Made by a program: the position numbers and the translations under genes | Notes under the pieces: generated by a model | The model's input: only the letters and a program-made list of their open reading frames with translations | Databases searched by the model: none | What the model was told of the DNA's origin: nothing | DNA from: Escherichia phage Gostya9 | Sequence record: NC_047979.1 | DNA length: 64,000 bases | Strand: one strand, 5' to 3' | Shown here: piece by piece, positions 8,892 to 18,160 of the stretch | How the letters are laid out: each line of letters opens with the position of its first letter | Position numbering within the stretch: position 1 is the stretch's first letter

Positions 8892-9776
8892 TTATAATAA
8901 TTCTTGGTATGCTTTTTGATACGCCTCAGTATCTGTAGGTGTACCTTTTGCTAACGCAATTAGTTCATCCGTTATCTGAATATTCGTATTATAACGTGTG
9001 TGGAACTCGTCAGGGATTTCTAGATATCTATTTATGAACGCTGCAGCAAGCGGTGAAGCTACACCCATTTCTAGAACCCATCCAACATGGTTTTCAAACT
9101 TCAGATAAGGGGAATCAGATGGGGTTGGTGGGGTTACATCAATTTTCTCTGGTTCTTTTTCTGGAAGCAATGGATTACTATATAATGCTTCATCTGGAAG
9201 CACAGATTTACGCTCTTTAAATATATAAGTTTCTAGATCAGATGCCTTAGATCCTGAGTACACAGCAAAAACGCTAGCTTTACCTTGTGATGCCCTAACT
9301 GGTAGATAACTAGTAGGATAGCTTCTTAATGCATCATGGAATGGACTTCCTGAATATTTGTACGTATCTCCATAGAGATCATCAATATTCATTCGTTCAT
9401 CTTCAAAAATGTGAAATGACTTAAATGGTGGAATGGTGAAGTACTCCATCTGTAATCCATAAACTAAGAAACGATGTGCATATGCACTGATTTTTAAGAC
9501 TGTGAATGCTTTTTCACCTTCTTTATGGGCATTGCCCTTTGAAGTAACTGGGTAACGTTTACAAAACATCTCTACTAGACGTTTCTCATTAATATTGAGT
9601 GAGGAATATAAACGTCCATTTAGCCCTATAAGTGCATCGAACATAAATGCTAGTTTATCTTTTTCTTCTTGGGTTAGTCCAGGAAACGGAAGTACTTTAG
9701 CATTAGGAACACTATTATTCTCTTTAGGTTTTGTTTTACCAGCATTTTGTCTTAGTTTATCTTTAAAGTTATACAT
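8892..9776 (-). CDS. hypothetical protein
   Basis: 294-aa ORF; GGGAG RBS upstream; no motif recognised. Confidence 0.55.
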   Translation of the reverse strand: MYNFKDKLRQNAGKTKPKENNSVPNAKVLPFPGLTQEEKDKLAFMFDALIGLNGRLYSSLNINEKRLVEMFCKRYPVTSKGNAHKEGEKAFTVLKISAYAHRFLVYGLQMEYFTIPPFKSFHIFEDERMNIDDLYGDTYKYSGSPFHDALRSYPTSYLPVRASQGKASVFAVYSGSKASDLETYIFKERKSVLPDEALYSNPLLPEKEPEKIDVTPPTPSDSPYLKFENHVGWVLEMGVASPLAAAFINRYLEIPDEFHTRYNTNIQITDELIALAKGTPTDTEAYQKAYQELL

Positions 9777-9793
9777 TATTATCTCCCATTTTT

Positions 9794-9828
9794 AAGGTCT
9801 GGATGACCTTCTTTTTATTTTAGAGCCT
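9794..9828 (+). terminator. rho-independent terminator-like hairpin oriented on plus strand
   Basis: AAGGTC-TGGAT-GACCTT followed by CTTTTTATTTT; a second hairpin GAGCCTC-CGTA-GAGGCTC lies at 9831-9849. Confidence 0.45.
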
Positions 9829-9853
9829 CCGTAGAGGCTCATGTATTAGAGGG

Positions 9854-10450
9854 TTAACTACCTCTCTTATCTTCATTAATAACAGCTCCTAGTGCCCCCA
9901 TAATTGCATCTTCTATACTTCCATGCTTACTAGGATTGCTTAAGTGAATAGTATATGAGTTCCTAGAAACTCCAGAGTCCACAGGCGCTACGCTTTTCAT
10001 ATCAGACTCAAAAGCTTCTTGAGTATGTTTCAATTGTGCAGAAGGTCCATAATCTTCCCCAAACTTATATGACTGTGTACTACTTACCGCACCCCCACAT
10101 GGAACATTGTGCAAATCCGATGGATTATTTAACAGTGCAATGCCACTTCTCGGCCACAGGTCACTAACATGGGTACTAGGACGGTTAACCTCAGTCTTCA
10201 CAAGTTTATAACCAGCATCGATCAGTGCATTAATAAGGTTATCAGCTGGAATGCGAGCCTTGCCGAAAATCTCACGAGCGTTGTTGAGCCTACCTTCAAA
10301 ACCTTTACATGCTCTAATATTAGTGTGTGCAAAGGTTAGCTTCATAGATTTGAATTGTACAGTAGCAGTTAAATCTTTAAAGCTATAATCCCACGTATTC
10401 AGTTCATGATCTGGTACTACTTGAATAGATTGTTGTGCATATAAAGTCAT
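9854..10450 (-). CDS. hypothetical protein
   Basis: 198-aa ORF; contains an internal copy of the TGTGCAAATCCGA motif. Confidence 0.55.
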   Translation of the reverse strand: MTLYAQQSIQVVPDHELNTWDYSFKDLTATVQFKSMKLTFAHTNIRACKGFEGRLNNAREIFGKARIPADNLINALIDAGYKLVKTEVNRPSTHVSDLWPRSGIALLNNPSDLHNVPCGGAVSSTQSYKFGEDYGPSAQLKHTQEAFESDMKSVAPVDSGVSRNSYTIHLSNPSKHGSIEDAIMGALGAVINEDKRGS

Positions 10451-10635
10451 TATTTATTCTCCAGTTTGTCTAACAGCTTATGAGCTGCTAGATTATATTG
10501 TTTAAGCTCACGGTTAAGGCTTTGGTTCTCACATTTTAACTCTAGATTCTCTTTATTAAGAAGATTGCAAATAAATAGAAGTGCTAGTATAACTAGCAGG
10601 GAACCTACAAGCATTAAAAGAAAAAGACTTTCCAT
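10450..10635 (-). CDS. small membrane-anchored coiled-coil protein
   Basis: 61-aa ORF; N-terminal hydrophobic segment then charged helix. Confidence 0.4.
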   Translation of the reverse strand: MESLFLLMLVGSLLVILALLFICNLLNKENLELKCENQSLNRELKQYNLAAHKLLDKLENK

Positions 10636-11075
10636 TATTTTATCCCCAGTCTTAGCTTTGAAAACTTATTATACCAAACTATATGATTATCGTCAATTAC
10701 AAATTTATGATAACATGCTGGTACGGTATAGGTTCCATAATCCGTGACACGCTGCACAACCTTGTGTGCGCACAGTCGACATCCATGCCCTTCTAAATGA
10801 GATCTAGCAGTTTGCCAGTAATAGCCCTCATGGTCTGGACAATAGATCTCGACTTGCTGTTGCATTGTTTTATAATTTACACGCTCATACCCAAAGAAAG
10901 CCCCATGAGCTGCAATGGCTTTCTTGATAAATATAAGGTTTAGTGCTTCTTGCTGGAAGTCGGGATGTAGCTGCTTAATCTTAGTTCTATTAATAGATCC
11001 ATCCGATTTGATGAACCTATTTATTGGAAAGTTGTTAGCTTCCTCGATTAATAATTCATTTACTTTCTCTCTCAT
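10635..11075 (-). CDS. Cys/His-rich hypothetical protein
   Basis: start reassigned to internal Met (MREKVNELL) 2 nt after upstream stop; CPDH..H..CRLCAHK cluster. Confidence 0.45.
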   Translation of the reverse strand: MREKVNELLIEEANNFPINRFIKSDGSINRTKIKQLHPDFQQEALNLIFIKKAIAAHGAFFGYERVNYKTMQQQVEIYCPDHEGYYWQTARSHLEGHGCRLCAHKVVQRVTDYGTYTVPACYHKFVIDDNHIVWYNKFSKLRLGIK

Positions 11076-11076
11076 A

Positions 11077-11280
11077 TTATATACTCTCACAACTAAGGTG
11101 GAAACATTCGTAAGCATCCCCAGTAAACTCTTTACCCTGTAATAAACACTTAGCCTGGTCTTCTGGTACTCCAACATCTAATAATTGTTGTTTACTTGGC
11201 TTTTCAGCAAATACCTTTACAAAATACTCGCCATCCTGATTATACTCATTTATATCTCTAGTAAGGACATATACTTGCAT
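11077..11280 (-). CDS. hypothetical acidic protein
   Basis: 67-aa ORF. Confidence 0.4.
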   Translation of the reverse strand: MQVYVLTRDINEYNQDGEYFVKVFAEKPSKQQLLDVGVPEDQAKCLLQGKEFTGDAYECFHLSCESI

Positions 11281-11300
11281 TTGAAGTTCCTTGAAAACAT

Positions 11301-11330
11301 AAAAGGCCAGAACAATTAAGTCCTGGCCTC
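11301..11330 (-). terminator. rho-independent terminator
   Basis: GGCCAG..CTGGCC stem followed on minus strand by TTTTATGTTTTC. Confidence 0.5.
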
Positions 11331-11336
11331 CTAAAA

Positions 11337-11708
11337 TTAATGAAGTTGTTTACCACTTCTTAACATAGTGGCCGTTTCCATAAGACCTAGCGTAGTATCA
11401 CGCTTATTGATCTGTTTACCAAGTTCATCAGTACGTTTACTGATGTAAGCATTAATAGCCATATTCATAGCTGTAGCGAGATCTTCTTTGGTTATCTCTT
11501 CATCGTCTAAAGCTAGGTTAGCCAAAGAATCAAATGTGCTAGAGAGTCCTATAAGATCTGAGGTTTCTCCAGCCAAAATAGGATTAATATTATCTACTGT
11601 TACTTCTAGCATGGAGTTAACAATATCTTCACCGTCTATTAGACCAAATTCAATATTACTCTCCCACTCCTTCATCTGTTCCAGCAATGGATTTTTCTTT
11701 TCTGTCAT
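11337..11708 (-). CDS. hypothetical acidic protein
   Basis: start moved to Met preceded by AGGAAA RBS (MTEKKNPLL). Confidence 0.45.
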   Translation of the reverse strand: MTEKKNPLLEQMKEWESNIEFGLIDGEDIVNSMLEVTVDNINPILAGETSDLIGLSSTFDSLANLALDDEEITKEDLATAMNMAINAYISKRTDELGKQINKRDTTLGLMETATMLRSGKQLH

Positions 11709-12117
11709 GATAGAGGTTTCCTGTGTCAGTCGGTAAGAAGGATGATTGTGTCTTAGGTGGATGTTGCTTAGCAATCCAGTTAAGAATCAGCACGCGACTA
11801 GGAACAATATCGGTGTTATACCAAAAATCGTGAACCCATTGACGAGCATCTTCAAACTTACCAAATTTATACGCTTTCTTAAACAATTCAAATCCAAAAC
11901 AATCTGGTGTAAAGTCTACTTCGCGATATTGAACTACTTTAGAACCAGTTAGGTCTTGGATCGCTGCATTAATTTCTGTATGTGAGAATTTTGTTTCATG
12001 AAACTTATTAAAGAATCGGTAGTTGAAGCGTCCGTTCGTTTCGACAAACAACTGGATGAAAAGATCGTTAAATTGGTTATCAAACCAGTAATTCTGTAGT
12101 TGTTGTAGTGCTGTCAT
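11656..12117 (-). CDS. hypothetical protein
   Basis: 153-aa ORF; 3' end overlaps next gene by about 50 nt. Confidence 0.45.
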   Translation of the reverse strand: MTALQQLQNYWFDNQFNDLFIQLFVETNGRFNYRFFNKFHETKFSHTEINAAIQDLTGSKVVQYREVDFTPDCFGFELFKKAYKFGKFEDARQWVHDFWYNTDIVPSRVLILNWIAKQHPPKTQSSFLPTDTGNLYHDRKEKSIAGTDEGVGE

Positions 12118-12314
12118 TTACGAACTCCGTTAATTGCCGTGATAATGCCTTCGTACATAAAAGGAAGTAACCCAGAAGTGTAGAATATATTTTCCGTTAT
12201 TCCTAGATGTCGAAAAAGTATATTAAATAATGCTGTTAGAAATACAATCTGAGGAAGTAATACAAAATACTCAGTTACAATCTTTGGTGCTTGGTAAACA
12301 AGACGTTTTATCAT
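12114..12314 (-). CDS. small membrane protein
   Basis: 66-aa hydrophobic ORF. Confidence 0.4.
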   Translation of the reverse strand: MIKRLVYQAPKIVTEYFVLLPQIVFLTALFNILFRHLGITENIFYTSGLLPFMYEGIITAINGVRK

Positions 12315-12413
12315 TGTTTTTAAGTCTCCTTATTACTTTGGCCTGCTCCACAATAATGAAAACTGCAAGCACTAATAGTGCTATTAGCCCCGCAGTAATT
12401 GGTACTAAATCAA

Positions 12414-12758
12414 TCATGGGAGACGCCATACGTAATTAGCTGTCTGTAGAACTTCGGAAACATCATCATGTTGCATCACTACAGACGTTGGAGAGTAACT
12501 ATCCGCCAGTTCTGTACGAACCATCTCACGTTCTTCTCCAGTATCAATATTTTTAACAATCACTTTCATACTAAGAGGTGTTAATGCAGAAAGTGGTTTC
12601 CAAGAATCCTCAAGTTCAATCCCTACCTTTTTCTCGATTAACATGAGAACTTCTAGTGTATCATCTGGAATACTAATATTATTATTTACAAACTGCAACA
12701 GCTCATGCAAAGTATTTAATTCGTTAAAATTAAGTTTCATCTTTAATAATATCCTCAA
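12414..12758 (-). CDS. hypothetical protein
   Basis: 114-aa ORF. Confidence 0.45.
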   Translation of the reverse strand: MRILLKMKLNFNELNTLHELLQFVNNNISIPDDTLEVLMLIEKKVGIELEDSWKPLSALTPLSMKVIVKNIDTGEEREMVRTELADSYSPTSVVMQHDDVSEVLQTANYVWRLP

Positions 12759-12975
12759 TCATATCACAGGACTGTTGCAATTCGTCAGCAATGCGCTTAA
12801 CATCGGTCTTCGTCACTTTACCAATTAACATCACCAGTAACATAGAAAGTATAATAAGTGGTACTGGAATAACAAATAATGCTACCTTAGCTATATTCTT
12901 TGGTGTCCATGTGCGGTACTTGGTAACTAGAACTCCCACCACGACTAGATAAAATGCTAGAATAAACATTATCAT
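12730..12975 (-). CDS. small membrane protein
   Basis: 81-aa ORF with two hydrophobic segments. Confidence 0.4.
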   Translation of the reverse strand: MIMFILAFYLVVVGVLVTKYRTWTPKNIAKVALFVIPVPLIILSMLLVMLIGKVTKTDVKRIADELQQSCDMIEDIIKDET

Positions 12976-13253
12976 TTTTTAATCTCCGTGATTATCTGTG
13001 TACGCATTACTTTAGCAGGTAATTTATTATTCCCAACTATTGCTTCTATACTATTTAATTTTTCTTTAAGAATATCCGAGCGTCTTTGGGCTATTTCAAT
13101 ATCTTGTTCTTGCTCTATTAACCGGTGGTGTAGTCCATCATTAGTAATAAGCATACTTTCCATGTTTTTTCGTGCGTTTACAATCCCAATAACTCCGCCA
13201 ATCGCTACTAGCGTAGTAAGGACCAGTAACCCAATAAGGATTTCTATAATCAT
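12972..13253 (-). CDS. membrane-anchored coiled-coil protein
   Basis: 93-aa ORF; N-terminal TM segment. Confidence 0.4.
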   Translation of the reverse strand: MIIEILIGLLVLTTLVAIGGVIGIVNARKNMESMLITNDGLHHRLIEQEQDIEIAQRRSDILKEKLNSIEAIVGNNKLPAKVMRTQIITEIKK

Positions 13254-13786
13254 TTATTTAATTCCTCTAGAGTAGGTAAGGGTTTTGTAGGATCAAAAGT
13301 TTCTATAATAGCATTAGCTCCATGTAACTCTAACCGAAGCTCATTAGCTCTTTTAATCGCTAATCCTAAATCTAAGTAGTCAAAGAGTCCACCATACACA
13401 GGTTTTTTATTAATATCTTTATTTTGTACTTGCCATTTTTGGGCAGCTTTATGCCAAGAGATCCCTAAATACCCTGAATTACTGTAGCTAGTTCTATTCT
13501 TGTTATTTTCACTAGAAGTGACGTCTCTCAGGTTATCCCATCTATTATCCCATGTAACCCTATTTTTATGGTCAACTTCTTCGGGAATTTTACCCTCCAT
13601 GTACAAAAAGGCCAGTCGGTGAGCTTTATACCTTTCCCTATCGATACCTATGATAATATACCCATCTTTATCTGATGTTCCAGCTACAGAGCCTGCTTTA
13701 GCTCGGCCCCTGCTCACTTTTCTAATAAATTCGCCCGTTTCCGGGCGGTATTCAAATAGCTCTTTTAATCTTTCTTGTGTTAGCAT
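13250..13786 (-). CDS. HNH homing endonuclease (paralog 1 of 3)
   Basis: 178 aa; MLTQERLKEL..GYIIIGIDRERYKAHRLAF..VDHKNR..NRWDNLRDVT..ENN.NRT motif set; paralogous to 22939..23448 and 60885..61418. Confidence 0.75.
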   Translation of the reverse strand: MLTQERLKELFEYRPETGEFIRKVSRGRAKAGSVAGTSDKDGYIIIGIDRERYKAHRLAFLYMEGKIPEEVDHKNRVTWDNRWDNLRDVTSSENNKNRTSYSNSGYLGISWHKAAQKWQVQNKDINKKPVYGGLFDYLDLGLAIKRANELRLELHGANAIIETFDPTKPLPTLEELNK

Positions 13787-14076
13787 CTTTTCTTTAATTG
13801 CTTAACTTCACGCTCAAAGCTAGCTGCTCGGCGTTCTGCCACTGCCTGATGCTCTTTAGCAAAACGTGCTTCTTGTTTTGCGAGGTTGAATGCCATAGCG
13901 TTCTTGTTAAGAGAATCGTACATCTTTTTCATTGCTGGGATGGACATTTTCATCAGTTGCCCCTCAAATCCTTGCATGTCGAGGAGAATTGCTAATACGT
14001 TGGCCATCTCAGTCTTAGTAAGGTTAGAGGCGTCGAAGTCTTTAGTCATGTTTTCCATTAGAATTTCCTCTCTCAT
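13780..14076 (-). CDS. hypothetical protein
   Basis: 98-aa ORF directly downstream of promoter 14091-14119. Confidence 0.5.
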   Translation of the reverse strand: MREEILMENMTKDFDASNLTKTEMANVLAILLDMQGFEGQLMKMSIPAMKKMYDSLNKNAMAFNLAKQEARFAKEHQAVAERRAASFEREVKQLKKRC

Positions 14077-14090
14077 TAATTTATGAACTT

Positions 14091-14119
14091 ATTATACAGA
14101 ATTTTAAGGCTTAAAGCAA
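14091..14119 (-). promoter_or_regulatory. sigma70-type early promoter
   Basis: minus-strand TTGCTT-17-TATAAT (plus-strand attata-17-aagcaa) with conserved AATTTATGAA leader. Confidence 0.65.
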
Positions 14120-14136
14120 CTGAATTTTTTAATTAC

Positions 14137-14565
14137 TTACCAATCGTTAACGAAACCTGAGAACTCAGAAGTTAATACTTGTTCAAATTTCTCTGCAATT
14201 TCAGGATGATCTTTGCAGATCAGCTCAATACAGGCTTCTGGAGTCATTCCTTCATCTTCAGGATCACCATAATACTTGTCCCAAAGATCATCAGGGATGA
14301 TGTGCTCTGCCAAATCTTGGAAATAAACTGCCTGGTAACGTGGGGCTTCTTCAGCAAAGAGTTCTTCGATCTCTTCATCTGCCTCACCTTTGTAATCTGC
14401 CATTAATAAGGCATCAGTTGCGTAACACTCCCAGACCATCAAGCGTTCAGAAATAGGATTAGACTTATCCTGAACGTAAGACTGAAACAGGGTTCGGAAA
14501 GTTGCCTTAACTTGTTCAAACTTATCTGCTGCTGCGAAAACTAGAGCTTTATCAACTTTGTTCAT
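14137..14565 (-). CDS. hypothetical acidic protein
   Basis: 142-aa ORF. Confidence 0.5.
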   Translation of the reverse strand: MNKVDKALVFAAADKFEQVKATFRTLFQSYVQDKSNPISERLMVWECYATDALLMADYKGEADEEIEELFAEEAPRYQAVYFQDLAEHIIPDDLWDKYYGDPEDEGMTPEACIELICKDHPEIAEKFEQVLTSEFSGFVNDW

Positions 14566-14595
14566 TTTTATTCCTTCTCATCAATTTATAAAGTA

Positions 14596-14625
14596 ATTAT
14601 ACAGAAACTTAGGCATTTTAGCAAA
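14596..14625 (-). promoter_or_regulatory. sigma70-type early promoter
   Basis: TTTGCT-18-TATAAT on minus strand. Confidence 0.55.
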
Positions 14626-14732
14626 TAAAACTTTTAATTAAAATGCCTAGTCCTGTACCAACAGCAATACAAATGATTATAAGTATTGCTACTGCTTGTA
14701 TGATTCGTTTAATAATGGCCCCAGCTATACAC

Positions 14733-15254
14733 TTAGACATTTAACATCCAGCTAGTTTTATCATGAGAAGTATACTTACCACTCATGATGTCTTCCAGTC
14801 GTACCGGTGATTTTGCATACTCTACACAAACGTTAATATAGCGAGGGTCTCCCATTAACTCAAAGTGAGTATGCCCATGTAAGTTCTTCTTGCCCCTTAG
14901 CTCTCCCGGATGCACTGGAGCATGGGAAAGCCAGAAGTTTTTATATTTAACTAGTGATTGTATGTTATCTACAATTCCCACTAAGTCTTTGAAAGATAAC
15001 CCTTCTCGTTCTAAGTCGTGGTTCCCCAAAACTAATGTAGTTCTAACATTGCTAAAGAGTTTTTCGAACTTCTCCAAACCATTTCTAGATACAAATGCAT
15101 CTCCTAAAGTATAAAATACTGTACGCTTATCCTTCATGGATGTAATAGTATCCATGATAAATTCATCATGCTCTTCCATAGTAGAGAAGATTGGTCTGAA
15201 TTTAGTAATATTTGCATGTCCTAAATGGAGATCGCTCCAAAAGCAGACTTTCAT
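14733..15254 (-). CDS. calcineurin-like metallophosphoesterase
   Basis: 173 aa; DLHLGH, GDAF, LGNHD and GHTH motifs. Confidence 0.7.
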   Translation of the reverse strand: MKVCFWSDLHLGHANITKFRPIFSTMEEHDEFIMDTITSMKDKRTVFYTLGDAFVSRNGLEKFEKLFSNVRTTLVLGNHDLEREGLSFKDLVGIVDNIQSLVKYKNFWLSHAPVHPGELRGKKNLHGHTHFELMGDPRYINVCVEYAKSPVRLEDIMSGKYTSHDKTSWMLNV

Positions 15255-16129
15255 TAAAGAATCCTCTGTATGCCACAGCTATTATTTTTGTCAGTGGTAA
15301 ATGTTGTGATTTTGCCAGTTTCATCATTAACTTGCGCAACCGTCAACTGCCCGTTGAAGACACCGCCAGTATCTAGGTAAACACGATTCTGGTATAAAAT
15401 AGGGTAAGGTACTCCAGTATGCCCATGAAACACAAAGTCTACCTCATTAACTGGAGGTACTTCTACCATGTATTTTTCTTTAAATCCTGCATAACGCTGG
15501 AAATACGGGTGTTCCTCACTATTTTTGGACAAATGGAAGCCTATTTCTTGTATTACATCTCGATCCCATAAGTATGGTTCAACATGGTATTCAGGATGGT
15601 CATGTGGGTCTTCCTTAGCTGCTTCTACTTGTGCAATAAGGCTATCCCATACTGGGGTTTCTACTTCGTTACCGCATTCTTTGTACGTAAAAGGTACACC
15701 ACCATGAACAACACCATATTTCTTGCCACGATGCAGCACAGTCAGAAATACTGGAAGTTTTTCAGCCATGTCTTCGGCAATATTTTTAATGGTATCTGTA
15801 TCTAGTTCATTCATAGCCCACATACCACCGTTATACATCCAGTTAGTCCAATCTCCTCCAATCATAAACTGGTCGTGGTTTCCACGAACGCTACAGAAAC
15901 GTGGATTATACAAGAATTTGGCTAAAACTTGTAGGTTCTGCGTGCCTCGGTCAATTAAGTCCCCTACACATACAACGCAATCTTTCTTGCCGTTATACCC
16001 AGCTAATTGTAGTGCATCTTCTAGTAAATCGTTGCAACCATGAATATCACCAACAAAGAATAAGTTAACATCATCAGGTACTACTAGTGTTTTATGTACA
16101 TTAAATTCTTTTTTCATAATTATTCCCAA
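15254..16129 (-). CDS. Ser/Thr protein phosphatase (PPP family)
   Basis: 291 aa; GDIHGC, GDLIDRG and GNHD signature motifs. Confidence 0.8.
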   Translation of the reverse strand: MGIIMKKEFNVHKTLVVPDDVNLFFVGDIHGCNDLLEDALQLAGYNGKKDCVVCVGDLIDRGTQNLQVLAKFLYNPRFCSVRGNHDQFMIGGDWTNWMYNGGMWAMNELDTDTIKNIAEDMAEKLPVFLTVLHRGKKYGVVHGGVPFTYKECGNEVETPVWDSLIAQVEAAKEDPHDHPEYHVEPYLWDRDVIQEIGFHLSKNSEEHPYFQRYAGFKEKYMVEVPPVNEVDFVFHGHTGVPYPILYQNRVYLDTGGVFNGQLTVAQVNDETGKITTFTTDKNNSCGIQRIL

Positions 16130-16365
16130 ATAACATTTAAAATAGTTGTACCATAGTTATTAGATAGTTTGAGAGTATAACCCTCTTTATAAATGGCTTT
16201 TATGGCCTCATAACTAATTTCATCACGGTTAAACTGCACATAAGAACCACCAATCTCCACAGAAGAAACTATTCTCTTTTTAACATACTTATATGGTTTC
16301 TTTCTGTTCTTGAGAAGAGCAGCTCTATTAACCCTAGCTAAATGTTTTGCTTGCTCTGCTAACAT
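16120..16365 (-). CDS. hypothetical protein
   Basis: 81-aa ORF. Confidence 0.45.
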   Translation of the reverse strand: MLAEQAKHLARVNRAALLKNRKKPYKYVKKRIVSSVEIGGSYVQFNRDEISYEAIKAIYKEGYTLKLSNNYGTTILNVIWE

Positions 16366-16392
16366 TTAATCCTCCTATCAATCTATACAAAT

Positions 16393-16421
16393 ATTATACC
16401 AAAATTTTTAGCTGAAAGCAA
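16393..16421 (-). promoter_or_regulatory. sigma70-type early promoter
   Basis: TTGCTT-17-TATAAT on minus strand. Confidence 0.65.
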
Positions 16422-16424
16422 GTA

Positions 16425-16456
16425 AAATAAAAGCCTGATCCGCTAAGATCAGGCTT
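16425..16456 (-). terminator. rho-independent terminator
   Basis: AAGCCTGATC..GATCAGGCTT hairpin followed on minus strand by TTTTATTTT. Confidence 0.6.
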
Positions 16457-16462
16457 GCTTTA

Positions 16463-16753
16463 TTAATCTTCTGGATTATCATCCAGGAAATTTTTAATGG
16501 CTTCGTGCATGGTTTCTTTACGAAGCTGACGTCCAATCAAAATATGATTAGCTTCTATTCGACCATTAGGTAAGCGATCCGCCAGAACTACTACAGGTAC
16601 TTGGCGCACACCAAATTTCTGCATTAATTCTGCATTATCAGTCTCTTTATGGACTTCCAAATTATAGTCATTGACTACTTTATCAAATACTGGTTCGAAA
16701 AGTTTACATGGGTTACAGGTGGAACCTTTCAATAGATATACTAATTTACTCAT
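16463..16753 (-). CDS. thioredoxin/glutaredoxin-like redox protein
   Basis: 96 aa; CNPC (CxxC) motif near N-terminus in thioredoxin-fold context. Confidence 0.55.
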   Translation of the reverse strand: MSKLVYLLKGSTCNPCKLFEPVFDKVVNDYNLEVHKETDNAELMQKFGVRQVPVVVLADRLPNGRIEANHILIGRQLRKETMHEAIKNFLDDNPED

Positions 16754-17177
16754 AGTTATTAATGGCCTCTAAGAAGTTTTTCATAGTTTTTACTGTTGCG
16801 GTGCTCAGATCAAGATTTACACCCAAACATTCTGTTAATGCTGCCTGGTAAGGCGCTTTTAATCTGCCTTCTGGGACTTCTACCTTTTTATATTCTTTAT
16901 TTTTGACCTTTTTAATCATAGTCTCTAGTACAAGAAGTGGTAATTTAGCACCTTCAATATCAGTACCCAAAAGTTCAGTTAAAATTTTATTAAGATCAAG
17001 ACGAGTTAACTTTTTGCCCTTAGACATAGATGCACCTACCTTTGTACCAATAGATTTTTCCGCTTTCTTTTCGAGCTTTTTGTACTCAGGAGAGTCATGA
17101 TCACGGAGTGCAATGTTTAGCTCGTAATGTGGTATACGAAAATGTTCCGCCATTTGAGTGTAGAAACGATCAGACAT
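16746..17177 (-). CDS. hypothetical protein
   Basis: 143-aa ORF. Confidence 0.5.
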   Translation of the reverse strand: MSDRFYTQMAEHFRIPHYELNIALRDHDSPEYKKLEKKAEKSIGTKVGASMSKGKKLTRLDLNKILTELLGTDIEGAKLPLLVLETMIKKVKNKEYKKVEVPEGRLKAPYQAALTECLGVNLDLSTATVKTMKNFLEAINNYE

Positions 17178-17210
17178 AATATATACCTCTCTTAACTAAT
17201 TTATGTATAT

Positions 17211-17239
17211 ATTATATAATAACTAGGGCTAAAAGTCAA
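17211..17239 (-). promoter_or_regulatory. sigma70-type early promoter
   Basis: TTGACT-17-TATAAT on minus strand. Confidence 0.6.
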
Positions 17240-17252
17240 CTACTTTTTTATC

Positions 17253-17669
17253 TTAATCTACTGTATGTATACATCTTTTCCTAACTAGATACATAGTTAT
17301 TGGGTAAATTGAGTACATAAGTATCGGGGAGAAAAGAGTGAAATATGCTGTAACTCCCCCAGCTAACATCAAAGGTATTAATGCTAGAGTAAGGGCCATA
17401 AGAATCATACCGAATGAAACAGCCAAAGCTATGGATATAGGATTCTCTAGTTCCACCCATAACCAACAATATTTCGAATCTCTATGGCAATTGCATTTAC
17501 AAACGCCGAATGAACCCATAATTATATACTCTAGTCCGTGAATAACCTTTATTAATAAGCTATTTCGGGTAGTTAATGCAATGATAGTAAAGACTATCAT
17601 TAAAACGAATACTACTAGACTTATTTTCCAGATACCTAGCAGTATCATAATGAATAGTTCTGCAAACAT
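17253..17669 (-). CDS. multi-pass membrane protein
   Basis: 138 aa, several hydrophobic segments. Confidence 0.45.
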   Translation of the reverse strand: MFAELFIMILLGIWKISLVVFVLMIVFTIIALTTRNSLLIKVIHGLEYIIMGSFGVCKCNCHRDSKYCWLWVELENPISIALAVSFGMILMALTLALIPLMLAGGVTAYFTLFSPILMYSIYPITMYLVRKRCIHTVD

Positions 17670-17746
17670 GTCTTTCTCCTATCTTTAAGAAAAATTATTA
17701 AAGCCCCCTTGACTAAAAGCGGGAATATTCCCGCCTAAGTTATTAC

Positions 17747-18160
17747 TTAAACTAGTTCGACATGACCGCCATCATAGGTACCACGTTTTATTTCATCGTG
17801 ATAGTCTCCCGAAGCATTCCAATCAGCACCAAAACGAAGTTTAATGCCTAGTTCTTTACCAGCTTGTTCAAAAGCCTTTTTAATTGCCCAAAATGCTTCT
17901 AAATCATTCCAATCAATTTTGCCATTAATATATGGAGCAAAATCGATAGCATCCCCAGTAATATGTTTGCTTTTACTAGGATCTTTTAGAAATGAAGTAC
18001 CATTAGCAATGTTCTGGGCACTTTGTGCTACTGTACGAATACCTTGCACGATTGTGAAATCGTACGGAGATAATTCTAAAGCCCTACGAGCTACTTTTTG
18101 TAGTTCAGGCTTAACGGTTGCTAATTGTTTTTCGCTATTTTTACCAAATTTAAAACTCAT
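17747..18160 (-). CDS. endolysin, L-alanyl-D-glutamate peptidase type
   Basis: 137 aa; H..D..H zinc-peptidase pattern (KHITGDAIDF ... GGHVEL); same length as T5 endolysin as recalled. Confidence 0.7.
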   Translation of the reverse strand: MSFKFGKNSEKQLATVKPELQKVARRALELSPYDFTIVQGIRTVAQSAQNIANGTSFLKDPSKSKHITGDAIDFAPYINGKIDWNDLEAFWAIKKAFEQAGKELGIKLRFGADWNASGDYHDEIKRGTYDGGHVELV

